Below are positions 38,939 through 49,319 of a stretch of 64,000 bases of DNA, one piece after another; within the stretch, counting starts at the first letter, position 1; each line of letters begins with the position of its first letter. Location: the NCBI GenBank assembly GCA_958372075.1, contig CATXMO010000001.1, forward strand, positions 68,797-132,796, read 5' to 3'. Below the pieces are notes generated by a model that was not told the DNA's origin, searched no databases, and worked only from the letters and a program-made list of their open reading frames with translations. Both the position numbers and the translations under genes were made by a program. Origin of the DNA: an uncultured Collinsella sp. Lineage in GTDB: Bacteria; Actinomycetota; Coriobacteriia; Coriobacteriales; Coriobacteriaceae.

Positions 38939-39129
38939 CGGTAGACCACGACAGCCGCGGATTGGCGGACACATCCGCGCACACCAGACGGGGCCGCAGG
39001 AGATGATCCTGCGGCCCCGCCGCTTTATGCCGACAGCACTGCCCATACAAGCAGGCCGCCCGCCGTTTTTAGATGCGAAACGGTGGGCGGCCTATCTTTG
39101 CGGTGCCGGAACACGGGTGAGCGCATCGA

Positions 39130-39753
39130 TTACGGGCGCTCCATGTTGGGAACGATGCTGCCCTCGGTCACCGCATGCACGGCCAGGCGCATGATGTTGT
39201 CGTAGCCGGTCTTGCTCAGGATCTCCGAGATGCGGCGCTTGATGGTGCCCTCGCTCATAAACAGCTCGGCCGCAATCTCGCGACGACTTTTGCCCTCGCA
39301 GGCAAGGCGCAAAATCGATAGCTCGACATCGTCGAGGGCTGCCGTGCCCGAAAAAATGCTCTCGGGCGGCTTGGGAAACGTGCAGTAGCCAGCCAACGTG
39401 GAGCGCATCACGGCGAACAGCTCGTCGATACCGACGTTCTTGTACACAAAGCTATCGACGCCCGCCTCGCGGGCCTGATCGACAAAGGTGATCTCGGGCA
39501 TGCCTGTCATGATAATGACGCGACACTCGGGCAGTTGTTCTTTGATGCGCGCCGCCGCCACGATGCCGTTGGAATCGTGTTCGGTGCACACATCCATCAG
39601 TATCATGTCCGGACGCTCCTTAAGCACAACGTCCAAGGCATCCGAGGCGTCGGCGATCGCGGCGACAACGGTCATGTCGGGCTGGTCGCCCACGGAACGC
39701 GCGAGGCTCTCGCGCAAGATAGCCTGGTCTTCGACGATTAACGCGCGGATCAT
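39130..39753 (-). CDS. Response regulator, NarL/FixJ family
   Basis: REC domain (LIVEDQ...D...MD) plus a LuxR-type HTH (SILRLACEGKSRREIAAELFMSEGTIKRRISEILSK). Confidence 0.9.
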   Translation of the reverse strand: MIRALIVEDQAILRESLARSVGDQPDMTVVAAIADASDALDVVLKERPDMILMDVCTEHDSNGIVAAARIKEQLPECRVIIMTGMPEITFVDQAREAGVDSFVYKNVGIDELFAVMRSTLAGYCTFPKPPESIFSGTAALDDVELSILRLACEGKSRREIAAELFMSEGTIKRRISEILSKTGYDNIMRLAVHAVTEGSIVPNMERP

Positions 39754-41249
39754 GAGTTTCTCCTTTGGGACGTGTCGTTGGCGTTAAGCGGAATGGATAC
39801 CGTAAGCGTAAAGGGCGGGGTGGCGTGGACCTCTAGGCTGCCACCCAGATCTTGCGCGACATGCCTCATACCTGGGATACCCGTTCCCTCGCGATACGAT
39901 ACGGGGGCCGGAGACCCGTCGTTAGAAATCGTCATGTGCGCGACGGCGTCAGCATCCGTCCCCTCCTGCCACAAGCGCACATGGACCCGATGCGCCTGCG
40001 CATGCTTGGTGGCATTGGTCGAGGCCTCGCGGATAATCTGCAAAAAGACGGCGGCGACACGCGCGTCCTCAGGCAGCGCGCCCTCCACATCGATCTGCAC
40101 GCTCACCAGGCCAAAGGCATGGACGATATCGCCCAGTTGCTCTGCCGGTTCGGTGTCGCCCCCGCTGCGCAGATCGGCAGCGATTGAGCGCAGCAGCGGG
40201 TCGATCTGCTCGAGCGACTCGTCGTCCAAGCGCCCCTCCTCCAAATAGCGATGAAGGATGGACAGGCGCTGGCCGATCACATCGTGCACGCGGGAACGCA
40301 TGCGCAGGTAGGCCGCATTGTCGGCAACCTTTTTGACTTCTTCGATCTGGGCCTGGAGCTCTTGGCCCGCAAGCTCAAGCAGGTGGTTGGCCTGCGCCAG
40401 GCGGTCATGCGCATGCGCATACTCTGTCACATCCAGACCGATTATGCGCTCGAACGAACGGCCCGAGACCATAACGCCATCGCACACAAACAGGCGAATC
40501 TCGGCGGGAGAAACCTCGACCACCGCACGCGCCTCACCAAAGCGGTCCAGGTTGATCCGCACGCTGTTCTTACCGCCTCCGGGCATTTGCATGCTGAGCT
40601 TGCGCAGGTCGTTCCATGTACCGCTCATATCGCCTAGGTCGGTGGGCATATGAAGCTCCACCAGGTTTTTGCGCATGCAGCGGTTCATGAGCAGTGGACG
40701 GCCCCTCGAGTCCAGATACAGGATGCCCACGGGAATCACGTTGATGGTTTCGATCGTCGAGAACGCGGTGATATCCTCCTGGCGGTTACGGACGTCCATC
40801 AAGAGCGCCGCGACGGAACGGAACAGGAAGAACGCTCCCTCTGCGATAAGGACAACGGCCCACACCGAGCCCATGGCAAAAACCACCGGCGGTGTCACGG
40901 CGCCAACAAGCAGCAGCTCGGCCAGCATGACAGGGCGACGATAGTGCACCATAAGGACCACGCCATAGGCAAAGATCGCGGCATTGAGCCACAGCACTCC
41001 GCCCATTGCCCTGGCGCAAACGTCAAGCGGCGCCACCAGATACGAGCCAGACGACGCGAATAAGATGAGCGCCGAAATCATCAGGTGAAGCACAAGGCTC
41101 GTCTCGTAGGCGCAAATCACCTTACGGTTATAGGACGAGCGGCGCGATGCGATGAGCGGGACGTGGATCATCTGCAGACACGCAGCCAGGGCAAAGATAA
41201 CATCGAGCGCAACGATTTGGGGAAGGATGAACGAAATCTGCATCGTCAC
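39750..41249 (-). CDS. Sensor histidine kinase (HisKA_3 type, NarX/LiaS-like)
   Basis: About five N-terminal TM helices, the H-box RMRSRVHDVIGQRLSIL and the N-box IIREASTNATKHAQA. Overlaps the regulator gene by 4 nt. Confidence 0.85.
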   Translation of the reverse strand: MTMQISFILPQIVALDVIFALAACLQMIHVPLIASRRSSYNRKVICAYETSLVLHLMISALILFASSGSYLVAPLDVCARAMGGVLWLNAAIFAYGVVLMVHYRRPVMLAELLLVGAVTPPVVFAMGSVWAVVLIAEGAFFLFRSVAALLMDVRNRQEDITAFSTIETINVIPVGILYLDSRGRPLLMNRCMRKNLVELHMPTDLGDMSGTWNDLRKLSMQMPGGGKNSVRINLDRFGEARAVVEVSPAEIRLFVCDGVMVSGRSFERIIGLDVTEYAHAHDRLAQANHLLELAGQELQAQIEEVKKVADNAAYLRMRSRVHDVIGQRLSILHRYLEEGRLDDESLEQIDPLLRSIAADLRSGGDTEPAEQLGDIVHAFGLVSVQIDVEGALPEDARVAAVFLQIIREASTNATKHAQAHRVHVRLWQEGTDADAVAHMTISNDGSPAPVSYREGTGIPGMRHVAQDLGGSLEVHATPPFTLTVSIPLNANDTSQRRNS

Positions 41250-43222
41250 TCACCCGCCCTCGGCATCAAGACGATCATGCGCAGCTGGCCGGGCTCGCCC
41301 TCAAGGCGGTATGCCACGTTGCGCCCTTGCAGAGCGCTTTCGAGCTCTTGCGCAGCGGGCGTCTGAGAAAGATCTTCATCATCGTTGGAAAAAAGCGTGG
41401 CGCGCAGCTCGACACTGCATCGGTCATGATCGCCCAAGTGATACATAAGCGCCGGATGGTCGGTGGTGTAGGCAAAAAACGCAAAGTCATACACGCAGTC
41501 GTACAGGGCGCTTACCGTACTGGCGTGCATCGGGCGCCGTATGGCGATAATCGAGGCGCAATCGATATCGATGGTGCGCAGGTCGCTTGCGAGCTCGTTG
41601 GCAATGAGCTGAATGCGGTCGCGATCAAAACCGCTCTCACCGTGCTGTGCCAACGTGAGCGACCCTTTGCGCTTGCAATAGGCGACGAGCATCTTGGCGC
41701 GCTGCAGCATGCGGTAACGCTCGTGCGAAGACGCCTCGTCGGTCAACGGCGGCAGCGAACTCAGCAGGTCGTACATCCCTTCGAGCGCGCGGGCAAGTGC
41801 TTGGTCCACGTCTTGGACCAGCAAGGTCTCGGCCTCTTGATCTGCCAGGTGCGTCTTAAGGTCGTAGTCGGCGGCGAGCAGCTCGTTTTGACGCTGCAGT
41901 TCCATGCGACGATGTGCCAGTTCACGGTTAAGCTCGTTGAGATCCGACACGTCTTGGGCAAGCAGGGCCGATCCGCCCAGCAGTGGAAAGGCACGGTACA
42001 CCACATCGGGATCGGACGCCACAGCAAAGGCATGGGCGTGGCCGTGCTCCTGGGTCCGCAACTCCTCGCGCACGCCTACCGGCATTGGCTTTGACGCCGG
42101 CGTGGCATAGACCTCCTGCAGGTCGCGCGTTAGAACTTTGAGGTCGAGCGGCAAGGTGTCGAAGATGCCGGCGATGTCGTGATACGACGGAATGACACCG
42201 CAATCGAGACAGATTTCCATCGCCACCACGCACAGGACGCAATAGACGAGCGAAAAGTTGAGCCTCCATGCCCAGGGCACGCGCAACGCATACGAGACGG
42301 CAAAGAATGCGCCACCCAGCAGTACGAGCGCCGCCGTGCCCGAGAAACGCTGGATGCGAAAGGACGAGGACCGGCCCACCAGGATAAAAAAGGCCACAAA
42401 GTTAAAGGCCGTCCACACTAAGACAGCGAAATAACCCCAGCCGTACGTGTAATCGTTGCTCCAGGTGTCGCTTGCACGGTCAAAGTGGAATACCTGCCGG
42501 TGGAAATCGTTGGTGAGCACAAAACCGATAAGTAGGATGGCCACGACCCACAGGATGCTGCGATAGCGACGGCCCGCACGGTGTTGTTCCAGCCCCGCAA
42601 GGCGCAGGCCGCACAGCTGGTAGAGCAGCGGAATGAGCGTCATGGGCACGTAGTACAGGTACCACAGCACGGTGGCATAGAACGGTGTGAACGACTTGTA
42701 TTTGAGGATGACCTCAATCATCCAGAGGGCGCAGATGGTGGCGACGGCAACAAGGCGGCGGCGCAACACATAGTCCAAACAGCGTAGATAGACCGATACA
42801 CCCCAGATCGAAAATATAATTGCGGCGACAAGCAACGGGAGAGAGCTCGAGTGGACGAGCGCATCCACGACCTCTTCGGACACCTCGCTATAGGCGGGCA
42901 CGGCGTTAGAAAGTTTGGGGTCGAAGGCGAACAGCGCCGGCAAGACTGCCAAAACCATGAGGAACAGCGCGGTGATGGCGCCGGCGATAGCAAAGACGCG
43001 GTGACGGTACACCCGATGTGTTATGCCAACAAGGAATCGCGGCATGGCGAAGAGCCTGCCGCCCCTGGGATCCGCCACGGGTGCGGATCGGGCGGCCGCG
43101 TGGCCGATATGTCGCTCGCAGGTACCCATAGTGCTTTTAGTGTACCGACAGGCGGGCCCAAAAAGCGGGCCACATGTCCCAAAATCCGCCGACGGCAAAG
43201 GGTGTCCCCAGGGGCCACTCAT
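41246..43222 (-). CDS. Polytopic membrane protein with a cytoplasmic coiled-coil and no recognisable kinase catalytic motifs, first gene of the two-component operon
   Basis: Eight or more TM helices, then a coiled-coil (ELNRELAHRRMELQRQNELL). No H-box His and no ATPase boxes. The likely start is the internal ATG at 43045 (MPRFLVG). Overlaps the kinase gene by 4 nt. Confidence 0.5.
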   Translation of the reverse strand: MSGPWGHPLPSADFGTCGPLFGPACRYTKSTMGTCERHIGHAAARSAPVADPRGGRLFAMPRFLVGITHRVYRHRVFAIAGAITALFLMVLAVLPALFAFDPKLSNAVPAYSEVSEEVVDALVHSSSLPLLVAAIIFSIWGVSVYLRCLDYVLRRRLVAVATICALWMIEVILKYKSFTPFYATVLWYLYYVPMTLIPLLYQLCGLRLAGLEQHRAGRRYRSILWVVAILLIGFVLTNDFHRQVFHFDRASDTWSNDYTYGWGYFAVLVWTAFNFVAFFILVGRSSSFRIQRFSGTAALVLLGGAFFAVSYALRVPWAWRLNFSLVYCVLCVVAMEICLDCGVIPSYHDIAGIFDTLPLDLKVLTRDLQEVYATPASKPMPVGVREELRTQEHGHAHAFAVASDPDVVYRAFPLLGGSALLAQDVSDLNELNRELAHRRMELQRQNELLAADYDLKTHLADQEAETLLVQDVDQALARALEGMYDLLSSLPPLTDEASSHERYRMLQRAKMLVAYCKRKGSLTLAQHGESGFDRDRIQLIANELASDLRTIDIDCASIIAIRRPMHASTVSALYDCVYDFAFFAYTTDHPALMYHLGDHDRCSVELRATLFSNDDEDLSQTPAAQELESALQGRNVAYRLEGEPGQLRMIVLMPRAGE

Positions 43223-43425
43223 TTAAGTACGTCCCCAATGAGTGGACCAGCGACTAGTCGTTTAAGAACGTCCCCAATGACTAAGACAAAACGAGCGAGG
43301 ATTTTTGGACGCCCAAATGGCGAGAGTGGATAATCTCCCACTTTGAGCCCACAAACAGGCTAAAAACGGGAGATTATCCACTCTCATTCTGCGGGCACTC
43401 ATTTAAGTACGTCCCCAATGAGTGC
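43201..43425. repeat. Composite repeat: GGTGTCCCCAGGGGCC, two A-units, B-element copy 3 (43288-43395) and a terminal A-unit
   Basis: The B stem is GAGAGTGGATAATCTCCC / GGGAGATTATCCACTCTC (perfect). The A-units read ACTCATTTAAGTACGTCCCCAATGAGT. Confidence 0.8.
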
Positions 43426-43509
43426 TTTCACTTCTTTTAACAAAACGCCCGGCGGGCATTAACTGCTCGCCGGGCGTTTTGGTTAGGAGGCTATGGTTGT
43501 TGGGAAGCC

Positions 43510-44943
<1,434 letters not shown>

Positions 44944-45093
44944 TCAATCCTTTCGCACGCTGTTTGTCGTGGTTTCAGTATCCCCGTAAGCAGCGCGCTA
45001 CTCAACGGCAACGACGCAGGCCGACACTTCTTTTCGCACACGGCGGCCCGGCAGCCGCCCCTGCCTGACACTTTCTGATACCGCCGCCCCAAA

Positions 45094-45127
45094 CCACCAC
45101 AAAGGGGACAGGCACCTTTGTGGTGGT
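45094..45127. repeat. CCACCACAAAGG hairpin, copy 3 (inverted orientation)
   Basis: CCACCACAAAGG-GGACAGGCA-CCTTTGTGGTGG. Confidence 0.7.
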
Positions 45128-45138
45128 TGGGGACGGTT

Positions 45139-45275
45139 TGTCTCGATCTGTAACAGGTAGGCAGCCAAAACCGGGCTTGGTGTTACAGATCGAGATTTTC
45201 GGGCAGCCCCCCGCAGTTTGTCTAAATCTGTAACAGGTAGAGACGATTTAGCCCGCTAGATGTTACAAATCGAGA
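45139..45275. repeat. Tandem pair of ~57-nt hairpins sharing the core TCTGTAACAGGTAG
   Basis: Hairpin 1: TCTCGATCTGTAACA / TGTTACAGATCGAGA (perfect 15 bp) followed by TTTTCGGG. Hairpin 2: GTCTAAATCTGTAACA / TGTTACAAATCGAGAC (imperfect). Confidence 0.6.
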
Positions 45276-45284
45276 CGGAAGATG

Positions 45285-45929
45285 CTAGTCACAGGCGATG
45301 TCGAGGTTCTTGCCGACGAGGCCCACGTAGCCGCCTTCGGCTGCCTTGGGGCTGTCGGCGTGGCAGAGGACCCACTTGTCGGCCTTCCAGTAGCAGTAGC
45401 TGTCGCCGACCGCGGGCATGTCGGCTGCGGCCTCGGGGCGCGGACCATTGGTGCCGGCGGGCAACGCAACCATTACCTGGAAGCCGCCGTCGTCGACCAT
45501 GCAGGGCGTGTAGTGGAGCGTGGTGTTGAAGACTTCGACGACCGTACCCGCCGGCACGCGGAACGCCTTGACGCACGCGGTGTCGAGCTTACCGTCCTCG
45601 ATCTCCCAGCGATGCGCCACGAGCAGGATAAAGTCGCGGGCGCCCAGGTTAAACTCGCTGGCGCGGTGATACTCCAGGCAGTTGAGGCGTGTGTTGTGGC
45701 CGTTGCACCAACCGAGCTGGAAAGGGCGGCCGCCAAACATGAGAAAGCCCAATTTGTCGGCATCCTTGACGCCCTCGAGCTCCGGCGCGCTTGCCACGTA
45801 CTTGCTGCCCTCGGGGACGGGCGTGGCAGAGAGCGCCTCGAGTACGGGCGACGTGAGCTCGGACGGAACGTTATCCCAAACGTTGCCATAGGATTTGAAC
45901 TCGGGATCGTTGACAGAGTAGATATGCAT
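45285..45929 (-). CDS. Cupin-like small conserved protein (possibly DUF4867-like)
   Basis: Start at MHIYSV after an ACAGGAG RBS. A His-containing beta-rich core. Lies at the distal end of the sugar operon. Confidence 0.35.
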   Translation of the reverse strand: MHIYSVNDPEFKSYGNVWDNVPSELTSPVLEALSATPVPEGSKYVASAPELEGVKDADKLGFLMFGGRPFQLGWCNGHNTRLNCLEYHRASEFNLGARDFILLVAHRWEIEDGKLDTACVKAFRVPAGTVVEVFNTTLHYTPCMVDDGGFQVMVALPAGTNGPRPEAAADMPAVGDSYCYWKADKWVLCHADSPKAAEGGYVGLVGKNLDIACD

Positions 45930-46073
45930 GTTCACTCCTGTTCGTTTATGTAACAGTACGAACATTCTAGAACAAACATGAGCGATTTTGAACGCCCATC
46001 CCGACCACTCAACAAAAAGGCGCCCCCGCATAAGCGAAGGCGCCCAATGCGCGCGTTTTGGACGGTAAAGCCC

Positions 46074-46562
46074 TTACGCCTGCTGATAGTGCAGGTGCTT
46101 CTCGTCGATATCAGCCAGGTCGCGGTCGAAGTAACGGCGCGCGAGCCAGTTTGCCATGGGGAGGTTCTGGTCCAGGTAGTTGCCGCACTCCTCGGGAGCG
46201 GCTCCGGGGACATCGCCCTTAAAGCCAGCGACAAACTCGAACAGCTCACGCACGAGCGGCAGAATCTCCTCGCTCGTCAGCTCACCAAAGACAACCAGGT
46301 AAAAGCCCGTGCGGCAGCCCATGGGCCCAAAGTAGACGATACGGCTCGACCACTCAGCATGGTTGCGCAAGAACGTGGCACCCAGGTGCTCGATGGTGTG
46401 GCACTCGGCCGTGTTCATGACCGGCTCCTTATTGGGCGTGGTCAGGCGCAGGTCAAAGGTGGTGACGGCAGCGCCGGTCGCCGGATCGCGGTCGATGCGG
46501 CTCACGTACACGCCGGGCTCAAGCAGCAGATGGTCAACGGAAAAACTCGCGATGCGCTCCAT
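46074..46562 (-). CDS. luxS: S-ribosylhomocysteine lyase LuxS
   Basis: HTIEHL metal-binding motif and the conserved C (GCRTGFY). 162 aa. Confidence 0.88.
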   Translation of the reverse strand: MERIASFSVDHLLLEPGVYVSRIDRDPATGAAVTTFDLRLTTPNKEPVMNTAECHTIEHLGATFLRNHAEWSSRIVYFGPMGCRTGFYLVVFGELTSEEILPLVRELFEFVAGFKGDVPGAAPEECGNYLDQNLPMANWLARRYFDRDLADIDEKHLHYQQA

Positions 46563-46635
46563 GGCAGATCCTCTCGGTAGTCAATTTGGGACGGGGCTCT
46601 TTCAGCTGGTTCGAATGGTCGCACCAATCATACCA

Positions 46636-46676
46636 GTCAAAAAAGCCCCGTCCCAAATGAGCTACCCGGGACGGGG
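46636..46676 (-). terminator. Intrinsic terminator of the FGGY kinase gene (GGGACGGGG family)
   Basis: Minus strand: CCCCGTCCC-GGGTAGCTCATTT-GGGACGGGG followed by CTTTTTTGA. Additional CCCCGTCCC/GGGACGGGG arms at 46583-46712 allow alternative long hairpins. Confidence 0.55.
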
Positions 46677-46715
46677 ACCGAATGATTATTTAATCCCCGT
46701 CCCAGAAAAATCATT

Positions 46716-48206
46716 CTAGGCAGTGTACGAGATGGTGGCGGCTACGGCATGACGCCAGCCGGCGATCTTTTTGGCTCGCTCGTCAGCGGGCATGGTGGGC
46801 TCCACGATGCCGCGGGCGCCATAGACGTCGACGACATCGCGCGCGTACATGCCCAGCGCAATGCCGCAGGCCCAAGCCGCACCCAGACCGCTCATCTCGT
46901 CATTGCTCGCAATGCGGATGGGCGAGCCGACCAAGTCGCTCTCAAACTGCATCAGATACGCATCGTGCGTGGGGCCGCCGTCAACGCGAAGCTCGGCAAG
47001 CGCCGCGCCCGAATCCTCGACCATCGCATCGATGACGTCAAAGATTTGATAGGCGATCGACTCGTCGGCGGCCTTCACGAACTCCGCGCGACCCGTGGTG
47101 CGTGTCATGCCAAAGACGCAGCCCTCGGCGTCACTCGCCCAGTGCGGCGCGCCCAAACCGGTAAACGCCGGCACAAAGTAGACGCGGCTCGCCGGATTGG
47201 CGGCGTAGCACAGGTCGGTAACTTCCTCGGGGTTATTGATGAGCTCCAAATCGTCGCGCAGCCAGGTCTTGACGGCGCCGGCGTAGCTCACGTTGCCCTC
47301 GAGCACATACTCGGTCACGCCGTTCATACGCCACGCAAGCGAGCTCGAAAGCCCGTGCGAGCTGGCAACGAACTCGTCACCGACGTTCATCATGACCGAG
47401 CTGCCGGTGCCATAGGTCGCCTTGGCCATGCCGCGGCTATGGCAGCCCTGGGCAAACAAGGCGGCATGGCTGTCGCCGAGCACGCCGTGAATGGGCACGG
47501 GCGCCGGCAAAAAGCCGCCCAGGTTCGTCATGCCGAACAGGCCATCGGAATCGGTCACCTGCGGCAGGCAAGCCGAATCGACGCCAAAGGCCTCGCACAC
47601 CGGCTCGCTCCAGCAGCCACGGCGCAGGTCAAAGAGCTGCGTGCGGCTGGCATTGGACCAGTCGCAGCGAAACTCCGCGCCGCCCGTGAGCGTCCAGACC
47701 ACCCAGGCATCGATGGTGCCCAGACACAGTTCGCCTGCCGCCGCGGCCTCGGCAGCCGTGGGAACGTTCACGAGAATCCAAGCCATCTTGCCCGCCGGAT
47801 AATAGGGCGAGAGTACCAGACCCGTCGTGTCGCGCACCAGCTCGGCCACACCCTCGCGCGCGGCCAGCTCGTCGCACAGCTCGCGGGCGCGGGCGCATTG
47901 CCACACCACGGCGTCGCACAGCGGCTCGCCCGTCGTGCGCCTCCAGGCAACGGTGGTCTCGCGCTGGTTGGAAATGCCGATGCCGGCGATGTCGGCCGGA
48001 TCGACCCCAGTCTCCTCCACCACGGCGCGCGCCACGGCCAGCACGTTGGCGGCGATCTCGGCAGGATCATGGCTCACCCAGCCGGCCTCGTTCACAATCT
48101 GGCGATGTGAGCGGTCGGCACGATGAATCAGATGGCCGCCCTCGTCCACCAGCAGTGCCTTGGTGCCCTGCGTGGATTGATCGATTCCGATGATGTATTT
48201 GCTCAT
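46716..48206 (-). CDS. FGGY-family carbohydrate kinase
   Basis: N-terminal IGIDQSTQGTKALL. FGGY N- and C-domain pattern. 496 aa. Confidence 0.8.
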   Translation of the reverse strand: MSKYIIGIDQSTQGTKALLVDEGGHLIHRADRSHRQIVNEAGWVSHDPAEIAANVLAVARAVVEETGVDPADIAGIGISNQRETTVAWRRTTGEPLCDAVVWQCARARELCDELAAREGVAELVRDTTGLVLSPYYPAGKMAWILVNVPTAAEAAAAGELCLGTIDAWVVWTLTGGAEFRCDWSNASRTQLFDLRRGCWSEPVCEAFGVDSACLPQVTDSDGLFGMTNLGGFLPAPVPIHGVLGDSHAALFAQGCHSRGMAKATYGTGSSVMMNVGDEFVASSHGLSSSLAWRMNGVTEYVLEGNVSYAGAVKTWLRDDLELINNPEEVTDLCYAANPASRVYFVPAFTGLGAPHWASDAEGCVFGMTRTTGRAEFVKAADESIAYQIFDVIDAMVEDSGAALAELRVDGGPTHDAYLMQFESDLVGSPIRIASNDEMSGLGAAWACGIALGMYARDVVDVYGARGIVEPTMPADERAKKIAGWRHAVAATISYTA

Positions 48207-48380
48207 GTACTCTCCTGTCTCCCCCGTCGATTCAAAAACTAAAACCCGACGGACAAGGAGCGAGCGGCCGTCAAGTGCCGCAGATTGCCGTGAAAGAGGA
48301 GCGCCGCGTGCTCTGTGTACGCAAGCGACGGTTTGAACGGCAAGGTGCGGTGCTTGGCGGCCGCGCAGCGTCTGTTTCTA

Positions 48381-49319
48381 CTAGTTGCCGAGGAACTCGG
48401 CAACGGTCTTGGCGATTCCGGCACCCGTCAGGCCGTAGTGCGCAAAGACCTCGGGGCTCGTGCCGGTGATGACCGGCGCGTCGGGCAGGCTCAGGCACTT
48501 GACCGGACGCGGGCAATGCTCGCCCACCACCTGCGCGACCATGGAACCCAGGCCGCCGAAGGGGCTGTGCTCCTCGACGGTCACGACGGCGCGCGTGGCA
48601 CCGGCAGCCTCGATCACGGCCTCGGCATCGAGCGGCTTGACGCAGTACATATCGAGCACCGTTGCCGAAATGCCCTGCTCGGCCAGCAGATCGGCGGCAT
48701 CCACGGCATGGCGGACCATCTCGCCGGTGGCGACGAGCGTCACATCGGTGCCGCGACGCACCCAAGTGGCGCGGTCCATCTGGAACGGACACTCGTCCTC
48801 GGTATACACGTCCTCGACCGGGTTGCGCCCCACGCGGATGTAGGCCGGCTTGTTATCGTTGACCAGGGCGCGCACGAGCTCGGCGGTCTGGAAGCGGTCG
48901 CTCGGCAGATACACGCGCATGTTGGGAATCGCGCTCATGGCGGCGATATCCTGCGCGGAGTGATGGCTCATGCCCAAGGCGCCGTAGGACACGCCGCCCG
49001 AGATGCCGATGAGCTTGACGTTGGTGTTGGAGTACGAGACGTCGACCTTGCACTGCTCATACGAGCGCGTGGTCACAAAGGACGCCGGCGAGGCGGCCCA
49101 GGCCTTCTTGCCGCACGAAGCCATGCCGGCGGCGATGCTCACCAGGTCCTGCTCGGCAATGCCGACCTCAATGGACTGCTGGGGATACTGATCGAAGAAC
49201 GGCGTGAGCGATGCGGAGCCGCGGGAGTCGGAGCACAGGACGACGATGTCCTTATCGGTCTCGGCGGCCTCGAGCAGCGTGTCGCAGATAACCTTGCGGT
49301 TGGCGATCTTGTTAGCCAT
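48381..49319 (-). CDS. Transketolase, C-terminal subunit (split transketolase)
   Basis: Pyrimidine-binding and C-terminal domains. Start at MANKIAN after an AAGGAGG RBS. Confidence 0.85.
   Translation of the reverse strand: MANKIANRKVICDTLLEAAETDKDIVVLCSDSRGSASLTPFFDQYPQQSIEVGIAEQDLVSIAAGMASCGKKAWAASPASFVTTRSYEQCKVDVSYSNTNVKLIGISGGVSYGALGMSHHSAQDIAAMSAIPNMRVYLPSDRFQTAELVRALVNDNKPAYIRVGRNPVEDVYTEDECPFQMDRATWVRRGTDVTLVATGEMVRHAVDAADLLAEQGISATVLDMYCVKPLDAEAVIEAAGATRAVVTVEEHSPFGGLGSMVAQVVGEHCPRPVKCLSLPDAPVITGTSPEVFAHYGLTGAGIAKTVAEFLGN

Noticed and set aside
46583-46650. tRNA-like string GGTTCGAATGGTCGCACCA
   Set aside because: There is no acceptor-stem partner, no D-arm or anticodon arm, and only ~25 nt of sequence upstream before the repeat arm. 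It is part of the GGGACGGGG hairpin element.
46749-48110. 453-aa plus-strand ORF opposite the FGGY kinase gene
   Set aside because: Antisense shadow ORF.
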